Source of the DNA: an uncultured Thermodesulfobacteriota bacterium
Lineage (GTDB): Bacteria > Desulfobacterota > RBG-13-43-22
Direction: 5' to 3'
DNA: 64,000 nt
NCBI GenBank assembly: GCA_964627515.1
Contig: CAZVHO010000006.1
Location: forward strand, 9,043-73,042
How positions within the stretch are numbered: position 1 is the stretch's first letter; every line of letters starts with the position of its first letter. The notes beneath the pieces are model-generated. The model was given only the letters and a program-made list of their open reading frames with translations. It searched no databases and was not told the origin of the DNA. Positions 46,890 to 57,305 of this stretch are shown here, one piece after another. The translations under genes were made by a program, and so were the position numbers.

Positions 46890-48029
46890 ATCGCTTCCCG
46901 GTTTTTCGCCGATCCGCTCTAAAAATTGTTTTTGCCGTGATTTATTCCACTGGGAACAGAAGACCGGTTTGCCTTTCATGACCCGTTTCATACACAAGGT
47001 GCAGGTATGTTCGCAGGAGACAAAAGGCTCCTGGACCAACCCCTGGGCCTTCTTGGGCCAGAGTGGATCGGCCAACAAAACCCTGGCCAAACCGATCAGG
47101 TCAGCCTGTTGGTCTTCTATGATACAGTTGGCGGTAGCCGGGGTCTGGATCCGGCCGGCGGTAATGACCGGAATCCGGGAAAGGGCTGCTTTGATCCGGG
47201 AGGCAAAAGGGACCATATAGCCTTCCTTCTTTTCTTCCTTGAGATATTCGGGAGAAAAAAAGGAGTCATAGGTGCCGGCCATGACCGAGAGATAGGCCAG
47301 CCCGCGCTTTTCCAATTCCAGGGCATAGGGGATCGTTTCTTCCAGATGAAGACCGTCCGGCAGCCATTCGTCAGCCAGAAAACGGTAACCTACCGGGAAA
47401 TCCGGCCCTACGGCCTTAAGTACCGCATCAACCACCTGCAAGGGGAAACGCATCCGGTTTTCCAGAGAACCGCCGTATTGATCGGTCCTTTTATTGGTTC
47501 GGGAAGACAAAAACTGGACCATCAGATAACCGGTCCCGCCATGGAGTTCGACACCGTCGAAGCCGGCCTCCTGCACTCTTTTGGCGCCGGCGACATAGGC
47601 GGCGATGACATGCTCGATATCCTCCCCCGTCATTTCCCTGGGGGTGACCTTAGAGGTTTCAATAGGCGATGGAGCGATTTTATCCGACCCATAGGCATAA
47701 CGACCGGCATGGTTGATCTGAAGAAAGGCCAGGGTACCCTGTTGATGGATGGTTTTGGCCAGGCCCGACAAACCGAAGAGAAACCGCTCTTCATCGATGC
47801 GCATCGTAAAAGGAGAACCCAGCCCAAGGGGATCGACAGCCACGTTTTCCACAACGACCAGCGAAACCCCGGAAGCGGCCATTTCCTGGTAATGATCCAG
47901 GATCAGGGAATTGACCGTACCGTCCGGATTGGCATAACCCAGGAACAGAGGAGCCATGGTAATCCGGTTTTTCAAGGTCAGGCCTTTGATCTGAATCGGG
48001 GATAAGAGGAAGGGATAATTAGTGCTCAT
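46887..48029 (-). CDS. Old-Yellow-Enzyme family NADH:flavin oxidoreductase with a C-terminal Cys cluster
   Basis: 380 aa with LKNRITMAPL and LQINHAGR, an OYE/TIM-barrel pattern. The C-terminal CEHTCTLCMKRVMKGKPVFC resembles the 4Fe-4S site of 2,4-dienoyl-CoA-reductase-type enzymes. Confidence 0.85.
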   Translation of the reverse strand: MSTNYPFLLSPIQIKGLTLKNRITMAPLFLGYANPDGTVNSLILDHYQEMAASGVSLVVVENVAVDPLGLGSPFTMRIDEERFLFGLSGLAKTIHQQGTLAFLQINHAGRYAYGSDKIAPSPIETSKVTPREMTGEDIEHVIAAYVAGAKRVQEAGFDGVELHGGTGYLMVQFLSSRTNKRTDQYGGSLENRMRFPLQVVDAVLKAVGPDFPVGYRFLADEWLPDGLHLEETIPYALELEKRGLAYLSVMAGTYDSFFSPEYLKEEKKEGYMVPFASRIKAALSRIPVITAGRIQTPATANCIIEDQQADLIGLARVLLADPLWPKKAQGLVQEPFVSCEHTCTLCMKRVMKGKPVFCSQWNKSRQKQFLERIGEKPGSD

Positions 48030-48117
48030 AGGAAACTCCTTTCAGTTTTTGTTATCCGACAGGATTTATATAGATAATTCTGAAAATCCTGTACTAAACA
48101 TATTTAAATTTTAAACT

Positions 48118-49092
48118 TCAGGAAACCTTGATGCCTGTAATCTGGTCCATGGAAAAATCAATGAGGATTTCCCGTTGCTCTCTGTCTTGTAAAAAAACCT
48201 GGGGGGAAGAAACGACCTTTCCGATAACGGCAGCTTCGATTTTCCGTTCTTTAAACAAGGTGCACACCTTCGTCGAATTTCCCGCTGGGACGGAAAGGAT
48301 AAAGCTGAAGCTCTGAAAGGCCAGCAGCCAGTCGCTTAAATCGATCCCCGAAGGTCGGGGGATGGAAGGCAAATCGATGATGGCCCCTTTCCCGGAATTC
48401 TCCATCATGATCGCCGTGGTCCCCAGAATTCCGGCATTACTGATGTCTTTAGCTGCACAGGCCAACGTCTTTTCGGCGATCAGCGGCAGAACCTCCAGGC
48501 GATAGAGGATGTCTTCCGAAGTTTTCCCTGAATTGGCATCCCAACTGACGACCGACCGGCAGCCCCTTTGCCCCTGAAGATCCACCGCCAGGATCAGATC
48601 GTCACCGGTTTGGGCCAGATGGCTGCGTAATACTTTTTGGGCATGCCCCAGGATGGCCACGGAAAGGGCCGGGGCCTGATCCGGGGCATCGGGATGTAAA
48701 TGTCCGCCCACCATAGGTACGCGAAGTTTTTGACAGCCCTTCCTGATCCCTTCGATGACTTCAGTCCGTCGAATCCCGTCCCCGTAGGCCAGAACATTAA
48801 CCAGGGCAATGGGCCGGCCGCCCATGGAATAGATGTCGTTGACGCTGACCATGACCGCCGCCTTTCCGGCGGCATAGGGTTCGTTGATCAGGAGTTGGGG
48901 CATGATCCCATCGGCGGCCAGTAGCAAATATTCACCCTTCCAGGGGATCACCGCTGCATCATCCCCATAATTGGGCAACTGGGGACCGAAAGAGGATTCC
49001 ATAACCAGCTTTTCAAAAACCTCCCGGATGGGTTGTTTTCTGGTTAAGCCGGGATAGTTTTTAATTCGGGTGATTAATGCGGAAAGGTCCAT
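48118..49092 (-). CDS. AIR-synthase-related (PurM/ThiL/HypE/SelD superfamily) protein of unknown specificity
   Basis: 324 aa with YGDDAAVIPW..LLLAADGI..NDIYSMGG and a later MVGGHL motif, characteristic of the superfamily. No subfamily could be assigned by eye. Confidence 0.65.
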   Translation of the reverse strand: MDLSALITRIKNYPGLTRKQPIREVFEKLVMESSFGPQLPNYGDDAAVIPWKGEYLLLAADGIMPQLLINEPYAAGKAAVMVSVNDIYSMGGRPIALVNVLAYGDGIRRTEVIEGIRKGCQKLRVPMVGGHLHPDAPDQAPALSVAILGHAQKVLRSHLAQTGDDLILAVDLQGQRGCRSVVSWDANSGKTSEDILYRLEVLPLIAEKTLACAAKDISNAGILGTTAIMMENSGKGAIIDLPSIPRPSGIDLSDWLLAFQSFSFILSVPAGNSTKVCTLFKERKIEAAVIGKVVSSPQVFLQDREQREILIDFSMDQITGIKVS

Positions 49093-49184
49093 AATGTATT
49101 ATAACAAAATGGAACGGAGTAGTCGAGTCCATAAGATATCCCGAATGCATTTCCGAAGAATCGGTTTTAATGGAGCACCCGGCC

Positions 49185-50807
49185 CTAAAATTCTTTAAAG
49201 TCCCAATCTCCCATGGGGATGACTTGCTCCGGGTTAACTTCTTTCGTCTTCTTCGGCTCCCCCCTCAATGTTTTCCCTTTAAGGGTCTCATGATGAGATA
49301 AAATCTTTGTCTGATGGCCGATGGCTCCGTTTTGCCGTAATCCCTTGGACCGTAGTACTTCGATCCCACCTCCATTTTGACTTCCGTTAACCACGGCCGC
49401 CAGATCCTTTACAAAAGACTTCATCTGTTCTGCCTGGGCATTCATCTCCTCCGAGGCCGAAGCCGATTCTTCCGCATTGGCGGCATTCATCTGGATCACC
49501 TTGTCCATCTCGGCCACCGCCTTGTTTATCTGGTCGATTCCCTGGGCCTGTTCCTGAGAAGCCGCTGTAATTTCTCCCACCAGATCCCCGACTTTTTTCG
49601 ATCCTGTGGCTACTTTGATAAAAGCCTCATTGGTCTTCGATACAATATCAGAACCCGTTTGAATCTTCTTCACCGACCCTTCAATCAGGTTGGCCGTATT
49701 TTTAGCGGCCTCGGCAGCCCTCAGGGCTAAACTCCGCACCTCATCAGCCACCACCGCGAATCCGGCACCGGCCTCTCCGGCCCGAGCGGCCTCGACTGCG
49801 GCATTGAGGGCCAGCAGATTCGTCTGAAAGGCAATCTCGTCAATCGTCCTGATGATCTTGGCCGTTTCTTCACTGGCCGCTGAAATCGCCTTCATGGACC
49901 CGGTCAATTCGGCCATCGAGTGATTGGCTTCATCCACCACCCGGCTTGTATCGGCCATTAAGCTGTTCGCCTGCCGGGCATTTTCGGCATTGTGTTTGGT
50001 CATGGAAGCCAGCTCTTCAATGGATGAGGAGGTTTCCTCCAGACCGGCGGCCTGCTCAGAAGCCCCTTCGGCCAAAGACTGACTGGAGGAAGCAACCTGG
50101 GAAGAGGCGGAAGCCACCTGATCCGCGCCATCGGTAAGCCCATCGATGACCCGATATATGGGCCTGGAAATCGACTTGCCCATCAGATAGGAAAAAATCA
50201 AACCGCCAAAAGTAATCCCGGCCATAACACCGATGATGATGTAAAGGATCCGTGAAACTTCCGCCTGCACATCATCGAGGTAGATCCCGCTCCCGATGAT
50301 CCACCCCCATTCCGGAAGGGCTTTCACATAGGAGATCTTCGGAACCGGCCTTGAAAAACCGGGTTTGGGCCAAAAATAATCCACAAAACCCCGCCCTTCC
50401 TTCTTACAGACCTCCACAAAGGCGACAAACAGTCTTTTCCCATTAGGGTCTTTTTCTTCGGACAGATTCTTTCCATCCAATTCTGGCTTATAGGGATGCA
50501 TTACCATGCGCGGTTCCAGATCATTGATCCAGAAATAGTCCTCTTTATTATATCGGAGGGTTTTAACCGCTTCCTTGGCCCTTTTCTGGGCTTCATCCAA
50601 TGGCAGGGCGGAGGCCTTGGCCTGCTTGGCATAATAATCCAGGATACCCCAGGCCGTCTCCACCAGATGCCTGGTTTTTTCGTATTTTGCATCATAGAGG
50701 CTGTTCCTGACCTGTGGAATGATCCAGGCAAAAACCAGCGAAAAGCCTATGATAATGCCGATACACAACAATAAAATTTTTGTGGAAAGTTTAATCCTGT
50801 TTAACAT
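49185..50807 (-). CDS. Methyl-accepting chemotaxis protein with a periplasmic sCache_2 domain
   Basis: 540 aa. Cache region [58 protein letters not shown], then HAMP and the MA hairpin [40 protein letters not shown]. Confidence 0.93.
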   Translation of the reverse strand: MLNRIKLSTKILLLCIGIIIGFSLVFAWIIPQVRNSLYDAKYEKTRHLVETAWGILDYYAKQAKASALPLDEAQKRAKEAVKTLRYNKEDYFWINDLEPRMVMHPYKPELDGKNLSEEKDPNGKRLFVAFVEVCKKEGRGFVDYFWPKPGFSRPVPKISYVKALPEWGWIIGSGIYLDDVQAEVSRILYIIIGVMAGITFGGLIFSYLMGKSISRPIYRVIDGLTDGADQVASASSQVASSSQSLAEGASEQAAGLEETSSSIEELASMTKHNAENARQANSLMADTSRVVDEANHSMAELTGSMKAISAASEETAKIIRTIDEIAFQTNLLALNAAVEAARAGEAGAGFAVVADEVRSLALRAAEAAKNTANLIEGSVKKIQTGSDIVSKTNEAFIKVATGSKKVGDLVGEITAASQEQAQGIDQINKAVAEMDKVIQMNAANAEESASASEEMNAQAEQMKSFVKDLAAVVNGSQNGGGIEVLRSKGLRQNGAIGHQTKILSHHETLKGKTLRGEPKKTKEVNPEQVIPMGDWDFKEF

Positions 50808-51036
50808 TTTAGCCTCCTTTCTTCAGCCCGAACCGGCCGGACCGGATAAAACACTTTGATTTTTTAAAAAGCTGGGAATTTTGATAAATTCATCAATTAG
50901 GTTTTCCCGCGATTGCCCCAATCTGATCCGGGGTTCAGGGAAATGACGGCATTAGAAACATTTGGAAAGGGGAGCGAGAGATACTACCCAAGTGTCTTAC
51001 GAAAAGGAAAAATAGCTAAAGCTGTCAATACTCATA

Positions 51037-51064
51037 TTTTCGGCACGTTGAAAAAAAAACTTTA
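51037..51064 (-). promoter_or_regulatory. Probable sigma-28 promoter upstream of the Cache-MCP gene
   Basis: The minus strand reads TAAAGTTT-N12-GCCGAAAA (TAAAGTTTTTTTTTCAACGTGCCGAAAA). The spacer is one nt longer than in the other two sites and the -10 has one mismatch. It lies about 230 nt upstream of ATG 50807. Confidence 0.5.
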
Positions 51065-51084
51065 AAGGAATTTTTTGACCGGAA

Positions 51085-51795
51085 TCATCCGAGCTGAAAA
51101 TAAACCCGCCTGACTTCATCATTATTTAACAGATCCCGGCTGTTCCCTTCCAGCCCTACCCTGCCGTGCTCCAGGATATAAACCCGCTCCACCAGGTCGA
51201 GGGTCAGGCTGGCATCCTGCTCAACGATCAAAACCGTCAAGCCCCTCCTCCAGATGGTTTTGATCCCTTCGACCAGCAGGTTTTTCACCAGGGGGGAGAG
51301 GCCCACCGAAGGTTCGTCGAGCAAAAGGAGGCGGGGACTGCTCATCAGGGAGCGGCCGATGGCCACCATCTGCTGCTCGCCCCCGCTGAGGGTCCCGGCT
51401 AATTGACGTTTTCTTTCCCTTAGAACAGGGAAAAGGCTAAAGACATTTTCCAGGTCGGCTCGAATTTTTTCTTTGTCTTTGCGGAGGAAGGCCCCCATCT
51501 CCAGGTTTTCGGTCACCGTGAAGTCGAAAAAGAGCTGCCTCCGCTCCGGGCAATGGATAATTCCTTTCCGGACGATCTCATGAGGGGGATGACGGTCGAT
51601 CCGGTCTCCCTCAAAAAGAATCTCTCCTTCCACTGAAACCAAGGCCGAGATGGCCCGCAATAAGGTCGTTTTCCCTGCGCCGTTGGGGCCGACTACGCCC
51701 ACGATCTCTTTCTCATCCAGGCTCAAGCTCAACCCGTTGAGGGCCATGGCCTTCCCGTAAAGGACTCGAAGCGATTTGACCTCCAGCAGATGCAC
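51085..51795 (-). CDS. livF: Branched-chain amino acid ABC transporter ATP-binding protein LivF
   Basis: Walker A GPNGAGKTT and signature LSGGEQQ. The start was moved to GTG 51795 (VHLLEVKSL), which has a GGAGAG RBS and avoids overlap with livG. Confidence 0.88.
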   Translation of the reverse strand: MHLLEVKSLRVLYGKAMALNGLSLSLDEKEIVGVVGPNGAGKTTLLRAISALVSVEGEILFEGDRIDRHPPHEIVRKGIIHCPERRQLFFDFTVTENLEMGAFLRKDKEKIRADLENVFSLFPVLRERKRQLAGTLSGGEQQMVAIGRSLMSSPRLLLLDEPSVGLSPLVKNLLVEGIKTIWRRGLTVLIVEQDASLTLDLVERVYILEHGRVGLEGNSRDLLNNDEVRRVYFQLG

Positions 51796-51796
51796 C

Positions 51797-52534
51797 TTAT
51801 TCTCTCCTTTCCCCCAGGTAGGCATTGACCACTTTGGGGTTGTTGATGATCTCATCAGGGGGTCCTTCGGCAATCTTAACCCCGAAGACAATGACCACCA
51901 CCCGTTCGACCAGCTTCAGCAAGTCCCGAAGGCGATGCTCGATGATCACCATGGCCTGGCCTTTTTTGTGCATGTGCAGAATGGCCGAGGAGAGGATGAC
52001 CGCGTCCTCCAGGTCCAGTCCGGAAAAAGGTTCATCGAGAAGCAGGATGTCGGGTTGGGTGGCCATGGCCCGGGCGATGTCCAGCAGGCGCAGCTCGCCA
52101 AAAGCCAGATTCTTGACCTTCTCGTTACAACGGTCCCCCAGCCCCATCTCTTCCAGGTAGGACATGGCTGTTTTCCAGGGCTTCTCTCCCCGGACTCGCT
52201 GGTTCGCGGCCCGCTGGGAGAAGCAGGGTATCATCACATTCTCGATGACGGACATTTCTTTAAACAGGTCCACTAATTGGAAGGTTCGGGCCATGCCCCG
52301 GTTGACGATCTGAAAGGGCTTCAGGGTGGTGATGTTCTCCTTTTTAAACCAGACCCCCCCGGAATCGGGGCGGATAAATCCGGTAATCAGGTTGAAGAGG
52401 GTCGTCTTCCCGGCCCCATTAGGACCGATGACTCCCAGCAGATCCCCGGGGTTTACCTTCAGATCAAAGCCGGTGATGGCCTGCAGGCCGCCGAAGGCTT
52501 TTGACAGATGACGAATCTCTAAGATGGGCTCCAT
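51797..52534 (-). CDS. livG: Branched-chain amino acid ABC transporter ATP-binding protein LivG
   Basis: 245 aa with Walker A GPNGAGKTT and the LivG-type layout. Confidence 0.9.
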   Translation of the reverse strand: MEPILEIRHLSKAFGGLQAITGFDLKVNPGDLLGVIGPNGAGKTTLFNLITGFIRPDSGGVWFKKENITTLKPFQIVNRGMARTFQLVDLFKEMSVIENVMIPCFSQRAANQRVRGEKPWKTAMSYLEEMGLGDRCNEKVKNLAFGELRLLDIARAMATQPDILLLDEPFSGLDLEDAVILSSAILHMHKKGQAMVIIEHRLRDLLKLVERVVVIVFGVKIAEGPPDEIINNPKVVNAYLGERRE

Positions 52535-52552
52535 GATGGTTTCCTTTTTTTC

Positions 52553-53515
52553 TTATCGTTCTTGCCCAATGATCCGTCGGAAGGTCTGAGAAAAAATTTC
52601 CAGCAGACCCTTGGGGGCAAAAAAGATAACCAGGACCACGGCGCCGCTGTAAATGAGCAGGCGCATCTCTCCCAGAAAGCGGAGCGATTCATTAGTCAGG
52701 CTCAAAAGGTAGGCCCCGATGACCGGCCCGATGATCGAGCCCATGCCCCCCACGACGGCCATCATGAGTATTAGCCCGGAAAGAGAATCGTGGGCCATCT
52801 CCGGCCCGACGTGCATCTGCACATGGGCGTACATGGCCCCGGCCACCCCGGCGATGGCGGCGCTGATGATAAAGGCCGTCACCTTGTAATAGGTGGTATT
52901 GATCCCCGACCCTTCACTGGCTATTTCGTTTTCCCCGATGGAACGAAGGATCAGCCCGAAGGAGAATTTGGCAATCAAATAGAGAAGGAAGATGACCGCC
53001 AGCATGAACAGGGCGGAAAAATAATAGTTTCCCAGGGGGGAATCGGTAAGGGGTGCGATTCCCGAAAGGCCTTCCTCCCCGCCCAGAAACTTGGAGCTGA
53101 TCATGCACCATTTATAAAGAAGGGCTCCGAAGCAGAAAGTCACAGCGGCGAAATAGGGGCCTTTCAGCCTCAGGGTCACAGCACCGACGATCAACCCGAA
53201 CAGCCCGGCAATAATCCCGCCCATGGGCAGGGTCAGCCAGGGTCCCCATCCCAGGTTCAGGTTCAGCACCGCCCCCAAGTAGCCGGAGCTGGCGATAAAG
53301 AAGGCGTGACCGAAATTAATGTTTCCGGTGAAGCCGGAAAGGAGGTCCCAACTGCAAGCCAGGATGACGTAATAATGGCAGAGGAAGAGGATCTCCAGAT
53401 AATACAGGTCATCCATCATCAGAGGGGCCAGCAGGACTATGAGCCCGAAGGCGGCCAGACCCAGAAGCTTTTTGTAAATCGATTTCAGACCGAATAATGC
53501 CTCGTAGTGCGTCAT
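52553..53515 (-). CDS. livM: Branched-chain amino acid ABC transporter permease LivM
   Basis: 320-aa polytopic permease between livH and livG. Confidence 0.88.
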   Translation of the reverse strand: MTHYEALFGLKSIYKKLLGLAAFGLIVLLAPLMMDDLYYLEILFLCHYYVILACSWDLLSGFTGNINFGHAFFIASSGYLGAVLNLNLGWGPWLTLPMGGIIAGLFGLIVGAVTLRLKGPYFAAVTFCFGALLYKWCMISSKFLGGEEGLSGIAPLTDSPLGNYYFSALFMLAVIFLLYLIAKFSFGLILRSIGENEIASEGSGINTTYYKVTAFIISAAIAGVAGAMYAHVQMHVGPEMAHDSLSGLILMMAVVGGMGSIIGPVIGAYLLSLTNESLRFLGEMRLLIYSGAVVLVIFFAPKGLLEIFSQTFRRIIGQER

Positions 53516-53584
53516 GAGACCTTGTTCTCCTTACGACATCGCAGGAAGGATTAAACATCACTTCATGATTCGAAATTAGATGTT

Positions 53585-53690
53585 CATATTTTCCTGACTA
53601 AGCCTTCATCCCCGTCAGAAACGGGCACCGACGAAGGATAAAAATGGGTTTTTCTATGACCTTGAACCTTGCGCCTTGGACCTTGGACCG
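53585..53690 (-). repeat. Degenerate composite element copy E7 (livH-livM spacer)
   Basis: The minus strand reads heptamers CGGTCCA/AGGTCCA/AGGCGCA/AGGTTCA/AGGTC (53690-53658), then a GGTGCC hairpin (CCCGT-TTCTG-ACGGG), then the box-like TTAGTCAGGAAAATATG (53601-53585). Confidence 0.45.
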
Positions 53691-53693
53691 TAT

Positions 53694-54560
53694 TCAACCC
53701 CGGGAGGACTTCCTGCCGGTCAATCCGGTGGGCCGGAAAATCAGGACCAGGATGATGGCCAGGAGGTAGACCATATCCGAATAGTTGGCCGAGAGGAGTA
53801 TGCTCACCATGGTCTCCGAATACCCCAAAAGCAGGCTGGTCAGGATCGCCCCCTCAATACTCCCCAGGCCCCCGATGATGACGATGGCGAAGGCCTTGAA
53901 CAAAGGGAAGGCCCACATGGTGGGAACGGCTTCCAGGATGGGGGCGATAAAAACCCCGGCCACGGCGGCCAGCCCGGCGGAAATCCCCATGGCCATCAGA
54001 TAGACCCGCTCATACTGGATCCCGACCAGGATAGCCGCATCCTTGTTCTGGGCCACGGCGGAGATGGATTTCCCCGTCTTGGTCTTCTTGATGAAAAACC
54101 AAAAGAGGATCACCAGGGCGGCCCCGACAAAAAAGGTGATCAGCTTCTGAAAGGAGACGAACACCCCGCCCAGGACAATCTCTCCGGTCAGGAAACTCGG
54201 AACGGATTTTCCGTAGGATCCGTAAATGCCGAACATGAGCTCCTGAATAAAGAGGGCGAGCGCCAGGGTCAGGATGAGGACATAGGCGTGGCGGTCCCGC
54301 ATGGGGCGGATGGCGAAACGGTCGATGGCCATGCCGATGAGGGCCACGACAGCCACGGCCATCAGGGCCGACAGGAGTACATGGATATGAAGGAGCGTCA
54401 TGAAGGTGTAGGCCAGGTAGGCCCCCAGCATGTAAAAAGCGCCATGGGAGAGATTGATGATCCCGGCCACCCCGAAGATCAAGGTGAACCCCACGGCGAT
54501 CAGGCTGTAAATCGCCCCCCAGATGGTACCCAGAATAAGGATACTCAAAAACGTGGTCAT
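53694..54560 (-). CDS. livH: Branched-chain amino acid ABC transporter permease LivH
   Basis: The start was moved to MTTFLSILILGTIWGAIYSLIAVGF (ATG 54560, GGAG RBS). Typical LivH N-terminus. Confidence 0.88.
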   Translation of the reverse strand: MTTFLSILILGTIWGAIYSLIAVGFTLIFGVAGIINLSHGAFYMLGAYLAYTFMTLLHIHVLLSALMAVAVVALIGMAIDRFAIRPMRDRHAYVLILTLALALFIQELMFGIYGSYGKSVPSFLTGEIVLGGVFVSFQKLITFFVGAALVILFWFFIKKTKTGKSISAVAQNKDAAILVGIQYERVYLMAMGISAGLAAVAGVFIAPILEAVPTMWAFPLFKAFAIVIIGGLGSIEGAILTSLLLGYSETMVSILLSANYSDMVYLLAIILVLIFRPTGLTGRKSSRG

Positions 54561-54688
54561 CGCGTCACTCCGCCCCCGATCCGATTCCAGCCCCGGCCCG
54601 GGCAGACCGCCTTCGGGGGCTTGGCTGAAGGAACAGGCATCAGGAAGGATCAATGCCCGTCAGGGCATTGATCCCGTTCAAAGACTCT

Positions 54689-55921
54689 TTATGGTTTCCA
54701 CCAGGTCGGCTTTATGTAATCCCCGGTCTTGAATTTCTCAGGGTAGAAGACGACCTGTTTGCCCCCGGCCTGCCACTGGACGAAGGGCATGACGTACCTG
54801 CCCTCCAGGAGGTCATGGGTTTGTTTGTCAAACCCGGTCTGCGGGTGGAGGACGCCCTTGTAGGAGATATTCTCCAGGCCGGCAACGATGTCGTCGGACT
54901 TGACCGATTTTTTTTGTTTTATTACTTCGGAGATCAGGTAGACCGCGTCAAAGGTAAATCCGCTGACGTACATGGGATTGGAACCAAACTTTTTCACGTA
55001 GTCGTCCCAGAAGGGGATGGTGCGATCGGTCAGGGGGGCCCGGGCGATCATATTATAGGTCGATTCGTACAAAGAGGCGCCGCCGGTCATTCCCCAGAAC
55101 TTGGAATCCATGCTGCCCACGTTGGCCCCTCCCATAAGGGCAGGCTTGTTGTCCTGCCAGGCCTTGACCAGGGGGATGCTGGCCCCGTGGCTGACGAGCT
55201 CGAAAATCCACTGGGTTCCCAGGCCCTTGATCTTGGAAAAGATGGGGGAGAAGTCCTTGAGTTCCACGTCAAACCGTTCGTAGAGGACGACCTCCAGACC
55301 ATCCTTTTCCAGGTCTTTCTTCAGGTCCTTGCCGTAGTCTTCGGTCCACTTGGCATTTTCCGCCAGGATGGCGAATTTTTTACAGCCCAGTTTGCCATGG
55401 GCGAATTCCTTAAGGAATTTGTGGGCCACAAGCTCCATCCGATCCGAATTGATCATGTGGCGGAAGAAGTATTTGTTCTTCTGATAGTCTTTTTTAACGT
55501 TGTTGGTCAGGTCCGTGGAGGCGGTTCCCGTGGAGATGAGGACGATCTTGTAGCTGCCCAGGAAAGGTTGGATGGCCAGGGCGACGCCGCTGTTATATTC
55601 CCCCACCAGCACGTCGACCTTGTCTTCCATGACTAATTTTTTCATGGCCGTAATGCCTTTTTCCGGCTTTGATTCCGTATCCCCGACAATGATTTCGATC
55701 TTTTTCCCGTGGATACCGCCGGCGGCGTTAATCTCCTCCGCCGCCAATTTGGCGGCATTGATGATCCCCTGCCCCACGACCATCTGTACCGGAGCCAGCA
55801 CGCCGAAACGAACGGTGTCGATTTTTGCAAAATCCCGGTTGACAGCACCTGACGGCGTAACGGCCCATAAAAGACCCAAGAAGGCCATGCCCACTACCCA
55901 GAGCGTTTTTACCTTAAACAT
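54689..55921 (-). CDS. Periplasmic Leu/Ile/Val-type (type I) substrate-binding protein
   Basis: The start was moved to MFKVKTLWVVGMAFLGLLWAVTPSGA (ATG 55921, AAGGAGG RBS). It is the first gene of the liv-type operon. Confidence 0.85.
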   Translation of the reverse strand: MFKVKTLWVVGMAFLGLLWAVTPSGAVNRDFAKIDTVRFGVLAPVQMVVGQGIINAAKLAAEEINAAGGIHGKKIEIIVGDTESKPEKGITAMKKLVMEDKVDVLVGEYNSGVALAIQPFLGSYKIVLISTGTASTDLTNNVKKDYQKNKYFFRHMINSDRMELVAHKFLKEFAHGKLGCKKFAILAENAKWTEDYGKDLKKDLEKDGLEVVLYERFDVELKDFSPIFSKIKGLGTQWIFELVSHGASIPLVKAWQDNKPALMGGANVGSMDSKFWGMTGGASLYESTYNMIARAPLTDRTIPFWDDYVKKFGSNPMYVSGFTFDAVYLISEVIKQKKSVKSDDIVAGLENISYKGVLHPQTGFDKQTHDLLEGRYVMPFVQWQAGGKQVVFYPEKFKTGDYIKPTWWKP

Positions 55922-56251
55922 TATTTCCTCCTTTTCGGTTGAATTTGGCAGAATCATAAAACCCGTGGTTCTCTTCCCTTTAAATCGGAAATAGTTGAAA
56001 CCCGAGGAAGGTATTCGGGGAGGTGCCCGACCTGGAAAATTCAGCGCGCAATGCTTCATTCCATAATCCGGTTGTCTTTGGTCCATATTTTTGGATACCG
56101 TTTTAGATGGCTCGGAGGAATGTTAATCTATTCCCTCATATTCCGGAAATGTCAAGTTCTTTTTAGGCGAATCGAGAGCCCTTCTGAGGTCTTGCAACCG
56201 GGGGAACTCACGGGCCGGGAATATACCCTCTGGGGAATAAAATGGGGGGCG

Positions 56252-56722
56252 TTATTTGAATCTATCGTGGGAATAGGGCAGTTTGGCGTTGAGTTGGAAA
56301 GCGATCTCCTCCGGCAACCTAAGCTTCCTGATCATCCGCAGACCCGGCCGCCACTGATAGTGATTCAGATCGATCGTTCCATCCTCCCCGAAGGAGACGC
56401 CTTCATTTTCCAACAAAGCCCGTTGCAGTTCCCCGCTGCCGACCTTGTAGGTTGAAAGCCCGCCATAATAATTGATTACCCGCTGCCAGGGCACCATTCG
56501 CCCACAGGAGTATAGGATACGCCCCACTTGTCGTGCGGCCCGCGGGGTATCGGCCAGAGCGGCCACTTGCCCATAGGTCAGGACGTGTCCCGGCGGGATG
56601 GCCCGCACAATCTCCAGCACCCGCTGCAGAAAAAAACTTTTGGGTTGTCTCGGATGATTTATTTTCAGGGAACGCCTGACCCGGTCATTCTTTTGAATGG
56701 AAAAAGACGGGTTCTTTTTCAT
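56252..56722 (-). CDS. Alkyltransferase-like (ATL) DNA-damage-binding protein (MGMT fold, active-site Cys replaced by Trp)
   Basis: 156 aa. IPPGHVLTYGQVA..RAARQVG is an MGMT-type HTH. The PCHRV position reads VPWQRV. Confidence 0.75.
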   Translation of the reverse strand: MKKNPSFSIQKNDRVRRSLKINHPRQPKSFFLQRVLEIVRAIPPGHVLTYGQVAALADTPRAARQVGRILYSCGRMVPWQRVINYYGGLSTYKVGSGELQRALLENEGVSFGEDGTIDLNHYQWRPGLRMIRKLRLPEEIAFQLNAKLPYSHDRFK

Positions 56723-56769
56723 GGCAATCCAATTAAACCAATACCCGGGTCCGTACGAACCGGGTATTA

Positions 56770-57084
56770 TCAGTTTTGCTTGGCGGAAACATCGAGAATT
56801 TTCACGGACCCCTCAAATGTTTTCCATCCATGAAAAGCGCCGGAAGGAATGAAATAAGCATCCATGGGTTTGAGAATCCGACGGTCATCACCAACGAACA
56901 TTTCTATTTCGCCTTCGGTAACGATTCCGCATTGTTCAAACGGGTGTTGATGACCGGAATCCTCTTTGCCTGGTCCGATTTCCATCAAAGCCATGATCAA
57001 CCGGTTTCCGATTTCGGCCCTGCTTTGAATACCCGGTCTAAATTCCTGCAAACTCAGGCTGTTAACCTTACCCCAAAAGCTCAT
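56770..57084 (-). CDS. Cupin-domain protein
   Basis: 104 aa with GHQHPFEQCGIVTEGE and IPSGAFHGW, a two-motif cupin pattern. Confidence 0.7.
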   Translation of the reverse strand: MSFWGKVNSLSLQEFRPGIQSRAEIGNRLIMALMEIGPGKEDSGHQHPFEQCGIVTEGEIEMFVGDDRRILKPMDAYFIPSGAFHGWKTFEGSVKILDVSAKQN

Positions 57085-57305
57085 GATGTTTCCCTCCTTA
57101 TTTTAGGGACGTCCCCTTTTCCCATTTTAACGCATTTAAAATAGGTTTTCGATTATATCAGAAGAAGACTCCTGTTATCCACATCAATTCAAAGAAATAT
57201 TTGGCTCTTCCGAAAATATCAAAAAATTGGTATACTCCCCGGAATGTGGAATGCACACCGCATCCGGTTGCATGATGGCTGTTCAAATCATTAAAGGGAT
57301 AGAAA

